The notes under the pieces were generated by a model that saw nothing but the letters and a program-made list of their open reading frames with translations, did no database searches and had not been told where the DNA came from. Position numbers and translations under genes: made by a program. A stretch of DNA of 24,000 nt, taken from contig NZ_FUFN01000010.1 in the NCBI RefSeq assembly GCF_900162615.1, positions 2,007,557-2,031,556 on the forward strand, in the 5' to 3' direction. This document shows positions 18,472 through 24,000 of this stretch, one piece after another (positions within the stretch are counted from its first letter, which is position 1; every line of letters begins with the position of its first letter). The DNA comes from Virgibacillus proomii. Its GTDB lineage: Bacteria > Bacillota > Bacilli > Bacillales > Amphibacillaceae.

Positions 18472-18501
18472 CTGATGCTTCTATTGAGCATCAGTTTTTT
18501 T
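18472..18501 (+). terminator. Orphan + strand intrinsic terminator
   Basis: CTGATGC-ttctattga-GCATCAG followed by TTTTTTT. Flanking genes are all on the minus strand. Confidence 0.65.
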
Positions 18502-18537
18502 ATACTATAGGAATGTATAAAACTTTAGGTTTTGTAT

Positions 18538-18583
18538 CTTTCGCCATAAAACTTGGCGACAAGCCAAGTTTTTCTAATATAGG
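18538..18583. repeat. Palindromic REP-like repeat, family 3, copy D
   Basis: CTTTCGCCATAAAACTTGGCGACAAGCCAAGTTTTTCTAATATA, perfect stem ACTTGGC-gacaa-GCCAAGT (18551-18569). Nearly identical to 8568-8612. Confidence 0.75.
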
Positions 18584-18662
18584 AAATTATATATGCATGT
18601 TGAGTAACTTCTTTAAACGTATCATGATCTCGCTGAATCGCCTAATCATTGAGTTCGCTTCA

Positions 18663-21461
18663 TTAAAACCATTGTTCTGCTTTTTTCAATAACTCATTGG
18701 TTGTATCAAAGGTCAATGGTACCTTAGGAATGGAGTCAATAAAATATTTCCCATATCGAGCTTTGATAATTCGTGAATCACAAATAAAAACAATTCCTCG
18801 ATCATTACTGGAGCGAATTAGTCTGCCAAAGCCTTGTTTAAAGCGAATGACAGCATTTGGTAAAGCATATTCCATAAATGGGTTTTTCCCTTTGTTCTTA
18901 AAAAATTGTGCCTTCGCCTGATGAACGGGATGATCAGGCGGTTGAAATGGTAATCGGACAATGACAAGGCAAGATAAATCTTCTCCTGGTATATCAACGC
19001 CTTCCCAAAATGAACTAGTTCCTAATAAGATGGCGTGATTGAATGATTGAAAATTTTTCTTCAAACGTGTTCTGCTGCCACTAGAAATACCTTGAGCAAT
19101 TAATACATAACGATCATCTTGCATCATTTCTTTTAAAATTTCATATGATTTACGTAACATTTCATATGAGGTAAATAAGACTAGCATACGTCCATCTGTA
19201 ATTTGTGCCAAAGATAAAATTACTTCGCTAGTTGCGTAAATAAAATCATCATTATTTCCATATTTTATATCTGGAAAATCATTCGGTATCATTAACTGGA
19301 CTTGATCATAGTAAGAAAATGGAGATGCAATTTGTTTTGCAATTAATCTGTCCGGATCAATTCCAAGTCGATCGATAATAAATTGGAATGACTTCCCCAT
19401 CGTTAAGGTAGCACTTGTCAAAATAACACTGTGCTTTGTAGTAAAGAAGTCTTCAGCTAATAATGTTGACACATCAGTAGGTTCGCTATACAAATAGACC
19501 GCATTTTTGGCTCCATTTGCTTCAATTTCCATCCACTTTACCTGTTTCATACTGTCTTCAACAAGAAAAAGCTGTTCCAGTTGATCAATATATATTTGTA
19601 ACTGTTCTGTACAATAATTAATTCTCTCATTATCCTCAGTTCGAATTTCTTCTTTGTTTAACTGGGCTTTCATGATAGCCAAACCATGAATCAAATCCCT
19701 AAGGTAAAAGATAAGCCGAGTTACCATATCAATAATCGTACTCCACTTTCTTTCATCTTCCTGCTTTTTTTCAAACCGATACTGAGTTCTGCCAATATCA
19801 CTTAACGTTTTATTTATTCTTCGTTGCTCCATGACGTATTGAAATAACTGCCGAAACAAATCATCTGTTTCATACTTTGCATTATCTAATAACTCATTCC
19901 ACTGTTCTACTATTGTTGCAGGTACAGCTACTTCATAATGCGAGAGAATGCGATAAACAAGCTTTTCATCATCTGTTTTCCCCAGTTGATTAAGCGTATA
20001 CTGTATTTGAACATAATCCAGTTTTAAACCGTAATACCTAGAGACGGTTGCTTCAAAATGATGTGCTTCATCGATAATTACTTGATCAAAGCTTGGCAAC
20101 AGAGATGAGGCATGAAACATATCGGTACATAACAATGCATGATTCGTAATTACAATATTTGCCTGCTGCGCCTTCCGACGTGCCTTTTGATAATAAGATT
20201 TAAAAAACCATGGAGAAGTCGGATCAATATTTTCTTCCATCTCAGCGGAAATCCGCCTGAAAAATCGATAACCACTAGCGGGCAATTGGATCTCATCAAT
20301 ATCACCGGTACATGTTTCTGTTAACCAAACGAATATCATAGCTTTGGTTAAGGCAATATCATAATTGTTCTCTTCTGTTTCAGCTAGTTCTTGTTCTAAC
20401 TTCTCCAAGCTAATATAATGAGATTTTCCTTTTAAAAGCGCAACTCGAAAAGGAAATGGCAGCAGTTTTTTGATTAGCGGGGTTTCTTCTTCCAATAATT
20501 GTGATTGCAATTGAGTTGTATACGTACTAATCACGATTCTTTTCCCTGTTGTAACTGCTTTGTAGACGGCAGGGATTAAATATGCTAATGATTTTCCAGT
20601 ACCGGTCTCTGCTTCAATTAATGCATGCTCTTTTCTCTGAAACGCATCAAAAATAATTTCTGACATTTCCCGTTGTCCAGTTCGCCTCTCATATTTTTCC
20701 ATCGTTTTTGCAAGCGTTCCGTCCGCTTCATAAATGCTGTCAAGATAATCACCGAATGATATATCTACAGAGGTAAGCGGTTCATCTATTATCTCTGTAT
20801 GCCGATAGGCCAGTCCCCGATATGTATCTATTTTCGTATCCTCGGATGGGTTAAACAATCGTTGCTCTTTATAATAATGAAACAGTTTATACACGTCAGA
20901 CTTTAATGTTTTTTCTAGTTTTAAAAGCTGATCCATTGTTTCATATGGTAAAGAAGCAAGCTTCTCTTTTATTTTTAAAAATAATTTCCCTGTTACGAAA
21001 GCGTCCGATAACGCTCGATGAGGTTGATTATGATTAATCTGTAAATGTTCGGTAAGCTGATTTAACTTATAACTAGGTGAAGTTGGGAAAAAAATTCTAG
21101 CCAATTCTACCGTATCGAGTACCGGATTAGTTAACTTTGATTGACCGCAATTCTCTAATTCCAAATTTAAAAAACCTAAATCAAATGGAACATTATGAGC
21201 TATCAGGTAGCTGTCTTTAAACAGTTCGATAATTTCTTCAGCAACCTCATTAAAGGTAGGAGCCTCCATAACATCTTCATCTGAAATCCCTGTTAGATTT
21301 GTGATAAATGAAGGGATTTCCTGTTTGGGATTCAGTAAGGTGGAGTAACTATCAACAATGGCATCTTGTTCAATAACAACAATTCCTACTTCAATAATTT
21401 TATCTGTTTTTGCTGGTGAGTTTCCGGTTGTTTCTAAATCTATGACTACATATCGATCCAT
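18663..21461 (-). CDS. dinG: DinG-family helicase with N-terminal DnaQ-like 3'-5' exonuclease domain
   Basis: YVVIDLETTG and HNVPFDLGFL exonuclease motifs, EAETGTGKSLAYLIPA (Walker A), DEAHH, GTSSFWEGVDIPG and GFGRLIRS.DRG. ATG 21461 lies behind GAGGTGG. Confidence 0.95.
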   Translation of the reverse strand: MDRYVVIDLETTGNSPAKTDKIIEVGIVVIEQDAIVDSYSTLLNPKQEIPSFITNLTGISDEDVMEAPTFNEVAEEIIELFKDSYLIAHNVPFDLGFLNLELENCGQSKLTNPVLDTVELARIFFPTSPSYKLNQLTEHLQINHNQPHRALSDAFVTGKLFLKIKEKLASLPYETMDQLLKLEKTLKSDVYKLFHYYKEQRLFNPSEDTKIDTYRGLAYRHTEIIDEPLTSVDISFGDYLDSIYEADGTLAKTMEKYERRTGQREMSEIIFDAFQRKEHALIEAETGTGKSLAYLIPAVYKAVTTGKRIVISTYTTQLQSQLLEEETPLIKKLLPFPFRVALLKGKSHYISLEKLEQELAETEENNYDIALTKAMIFVWLTETCTGDIDEIQLPASGYRFFRRISAEMEENIDPTSPWFFKSYYQKARRKAQQANIVITNHALLCTDMFHASSLLPSFDQVIIDEAHHFEATVSRYYGLKLDYVQIQYTLNQLGKTDDEKLVYRILSHYEVAVPATIVEQWNELLDNAKYETDDLFRQLFQYVMEQRRINKTLSDIGRTQYRFEKKQEDERKWSTIIDMVTRLIFYLRDLIHGLAIMKAQLNKEEIRTEDNERINYCTEQLQIYIDQLEQLFLVEDSMKQVKWMEIEANGAKNAVYLYSEPTDVSTLLAEDFFTTKHSVILTSATLTMGKSFQFIIDRLGIDPDRLIAKQIASPFSYYDQVQLMIPNDFPDIKYGNNDDFIYATSEVILSLAQITDGRMLVLFTSYEMLRKSYEILKEMMQDDRYVLIAQGISSGSRTRLKKNFQSFNHAILLGTSSFWEGVDIPGEDLSCLVIVRLPFQPPDHPVHQAKAQFFKNKGKNPFMEYALPNAVIRFKQGFGRLIRSSNDRGIVFICDSRIIKARYGKYFIDSIPKVPLTFDTTNELLKKAEQWF

Positions 21462-21508
21462 ACATAACCACCTCACTTCATTTGTGATCGTATTTACCAG
21501 TTGTTCAG

Positions 21509-22510
21509 TTAGTCGGACGATGAATAGTCAAACCAGTCAATTTCTCCAGAATATAACCGTTCAACACGATTTTCCTCATTTTTTACTAATAATGCTCCAT
21601 CTTCGGCCAACCCGTAAAATATAGCTTTTTGTTGTTTATTTAATTGGTGAATCGTAATCATTTCACCGATGCGAAACCCGTACTTTTCCCATTTTGTCTT
21701 TACCACTTGAAAACCTTTCTTTATATATAAATCATAAATATGCTCAAAAGATACTAAAAAATGCTGGATTATTTGTTGAATAGACCACTCTGTTCCAGAT
21801 TCAATTCGCAGTGAAGTTGCTCGCTGCTGTAATTCCTCCGGCCAGTCTTCCAATTGTTGATTTATATTTAATCCTACACCAATGATTACGTAGTCGATCT
21901 GATCTTGTTCTGCTTGTAGTTCTGTTAAAATTCCAGCACATTTTTTACCATTACTAAACAGTATATCATTTGGCCACTTAATCAGTGGATGTAAAGGTGT
22001 AAGTTCTTTAATCGTATCCGCTAAAGCAACAGCAGTTAATAATGTTAATTGCGGAGCAAGATATGGAGGTAAAGGTGGTTCGAGAATTATGCTCAACCAC
22101 ATACCATCGCCTTTTTTAGTGTGCCACGTTCTATTCATTCTGCCTCTACCTGAAGTTTGTTCATTTGCAATAACAATTGTTCCATGTTCACTAATACTTT
22201 CCTTAGCAGTGTTATGAGCAAGGATTTGCGTAGAGCTAGTTACTTCACGGTGAATGATCTTTTTGCCAAGCCAGTTCGTATCTAAGCCCCATTGCAGCGT
22301 ATTTGCTGTTATTTTATCCGGATAGCCAATAATTCGATAACCAAGCTTCGACTTTGCTTCAATCAAATAGCCATCTTTTTTTAGATCATTCATATGTTTC
22401 CAAATGGCACTACGCGATATATTTAGTTGTTCAGAGAGTTTTTGTCCGGAAATATACGTATCTTTATTCTCTGCCAATAGATGAATTAATTTATTCCGGG
22501 TGGATTCCAT
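21509..22510 (-). CDS. birA: Bifunctional biotin-protein ligase/biotin operon repressor BirA
   Basis: N-terminal HTH (YISGQKLSEQLNISRSAIWKHMNDLKKDGY), TSGRGRMNRTWHTKKGDGMWLSIIL, IKWPNDI and YVIIGVGLNINQ. Start chosen as ATG 22510 behind AAAGGAGTGG. Confidence 0.94.
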   Translation of the reverse strand: MESTRNKLIHLLAENKDTYISGQKLSEQLNISRSAIWKHMNDLKKDGYLIEAKSKLGYRIIGYPDKITANTLQWGLDTNWLGKKIIHREVTSSTQILAHNTAKESISEHGTIVIANEQTSGRGRMNRTWHTKKGDGMWLSIILEPPLPPYLAPQLTLLTAVALADTIKELTPLHPLIKWPNDILFSNGKKCAGILTELQAEQDQIDYVIIGVGLNINQQLEDWPEELQQRATSLRIESGTEWSIQQIIQHFLVSFEHIYDLYIKKGFQVVKTKWEKYGFRIGEMITIHQLNKQQKAIFYGLAEDGALLVKNEENRVERLYSGEIDWFDYSSSD

Positions 22511-23697
22511 TTTATCCACTCCTTTATCGCTTGATATTCATTAGGTAATTGCTTTGTAACAATTTGGCGTTCAATAGAATTTAATAATTGCTGGATCCAT
22601 GGTCCACGTTTTGAACCTGGAAATAGCTCTAAAATATCATTACCGCTAAAATTGATTTCCTGTTTTGTATGTATTGGTAATGCATGGTCTATTTCCAGCA
22701 TCTGTTCCATCATAACTTTCTTACCGCATAAACAACTAATAAGCCGCACAAAACCGCCATAGAGAGTATTCGGCAATTGATAAACAAGCCAAGGACTTAG
22801 ACCTTCATGACTGAATAAATCAATTTGCTCGGTTAATTGTAATGCTTCTCGTTTTTGCTTGTTGGAGCATTTCCAAGCCTTTGACCAAGCTGCAATAGAA
22901 ATAGAGCGATCTAAAAAATGAAATAAGACCAATACTTCACTAAATGAAAGTAATGGCTTTACATTAGCTGGCAAACGAACAAATAATTGATCGTTGTCAC
23001 GAAATATCGGTAAATATTGATATATTTTTAAATTTATAATGTAATCGAGCGCTTTTTGTACATGTTCTCCTGCAAACAACTTCGTAAATTCTTTTGTAAT
23101 TCGTTCCACAGCAAGACCTTCTATTTCCTGTTTTACTTGTTTCATATGTGTAATGGTTTCCGGATGAATGGTAAAGCCGAGCTGACTGCTAAATCGTAAT
23201 GCACGAATAATACGCAATGGATCCTCCGAGAATCTTTCTACCCCATTGCCAACTGTTCGGATGATTCCTTTTTTTAAATCACTTTTGCCATGAAATAAAT
23301 CAATAATCTTTCCATCTTTATCCATGGCAAGTGCGTTAATGGTAAAGTCCCTTCGCTCAAGATCCTTGTCAATTTGGTCAATATACGTAACTGTATCTGG
23401 ATGGCGTTGATCTGAATAATTGCCATCGACCCGGAATGTCGTTACCTCATAGGATTGTCCTTCAAATCGAACGATCACAGTACCATGCTCAATCCCAACC
23501 GGAATAATCGATTCAAATATTTGCTGTAACTCATCAGGGGTTGCTGATGTAGCAATATCAATATCTCCAATTGGTCGACTTATCAAATAATCTCGAACAC
23601 AGCCACCAACAAAATAAGCTTGGTGCTGATAACTTTCAATTATTTCTAAGATGGCCTTTGCTTTATGAAAGGGGTTTGCTAACATGTTAATCACCAA
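22486..23697 (-). CDS. cca: CCA tRNA nucleotidyltransferase
   Basis: AYFVGGCVRDYLISRPIGDIDIATSA, RRDFTINALAMD and EDPLRIIRALRFSSQLGF. Short overlap with the birA start and the bshA end. Confidence 0.96.
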   Translation of the reverse strand: MVINMLANPFHKAKAILEIIESYQHQAYFVGGCVRDYLISRPIGDIDIATSATPDELQQIFESIIPVGIEHGTVIVRFEGQSYEVTTFRVDGNYSDQRHPDTVTYIDQIDKDLERRDFTINALAMDKDGKIIDLFHGKSDLKKGIIRTVGNGVERFSEDPLRIIRALRFSSQLGFTIHPETITHMKQVKQEIEGLAVERITKEFTKLFAGEHVQKALDYIINLKIYQYLPIFRDNDQLFVRLPANVKPLLSFSEVLVLFHFLDRSISIAAWSKAWKCSNKQKREALQLTEQIDLFSHEGLSPWLVYQLPNTLYGGFVRLISCLCGKKVMMEQMLEIDHALPIHTKQEINFSGNDILELFPGSKRGPWIQQLLNSIERQIVTKQLPNEYQAIKEWIKWNPPGIN

Positions 23698-24000
23698 TTT
23701 CTAATTCTATGACTACCTAGTACTTGTTCATACAATTGCTCATATTCGTTTACAATAATATCGGAATGGAACTTAACGTTTGCCCGCTTCAGCGCCTGTT
23801 CAGAAAATAAATGTAACTTGTTTTCATCTGTTAATAATTGAACCGCATATTCCGCTGCTTGATTTACTGCACCAAGTTGAACAAGATAACCTGTTACTCC
23901 ATGTTCAATCACTTCAGGAATACCGCCAATTCTCGTTCCAATACAAGGAACACCGCAAGCCATTGCTTCTAATAAGACAAGGCCAAAGCTTTCTTTTTCA
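23691..24000 (-). CDS. bshA: N-acetyl-alpha-D-glucosaminyl L-malate synthase (bacillithiol biosynthesis), partial at the window edge
   Basis: GT4 motif EKESFGLVLLEAMACGVPCIGTRIGGIPEVIEHG...GYLV reads through to the window edge. Adjacent to cca as in B. subtilis. Confidence 0.9.
   Translation of the reverse strand, partial: EKESFGLVLLEAMACGVPCIGTRIGGIPEVIEHGVTGYLVQLGAVNQAAEYAVQLLTDENKLHLFSEQALKRANVKFHSDIIVNEYEQLYEQVLGSHRIRNW

Noticed and set aside
1-24000. CRISPR arrays, transposases, prophage genes, toxin-antitoxin pairs or a novel defence cassette
   Set aside because: Searched for by eye on both strands. No regularly spaced direct repeats and no mobile-element or accessory gene families seen; gene content is conserved housekeeping.

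Overview
This 24 kb window looks like an ordinary core-genome segment of a spore-forming Bacillaceae bacterium. Codon style, small ORFs and synteny suggest Virgibacillus or Oceanobacillus, which is an inference only. The conserved block matches the B. subtilis ypbQ-to-bshA region: bpsB(ypbQ), bpsA(bcsA), ypwA, rlmL(ypsC), rnpB RNA, gpsB, cdd, yppE, a small ORF, sspM, yppC, recU-ponA (+ strand), nth, dnaD, asnS, aspB, tseB(ypmB), ypmA, dinG, birA, cca and bshA (cut by the right edge). I found no mobile element with a transposase, no CRISPR array and no defence or toxin-antitoxin cassette, and nothing that supports a new multi-gene system. The items worth a second look are intergenic. Three families of short, degenerate, interspersed repeats occupy the non-coding gaps: ~317-470/14747-14893, 4933-5131/7605-7782 (plus a fragment at 6553-6573), and 8568-8612/18538-18583. 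A perfect 15-bp palindrome overlaps the -35 box of the cdd promoter. An orphan + strand terminator sits between - strand genes. There is also an unusually long gap inside the asnS-dnaD gene string. Several ORF-track starts were corrected using ribosome-binding sites.
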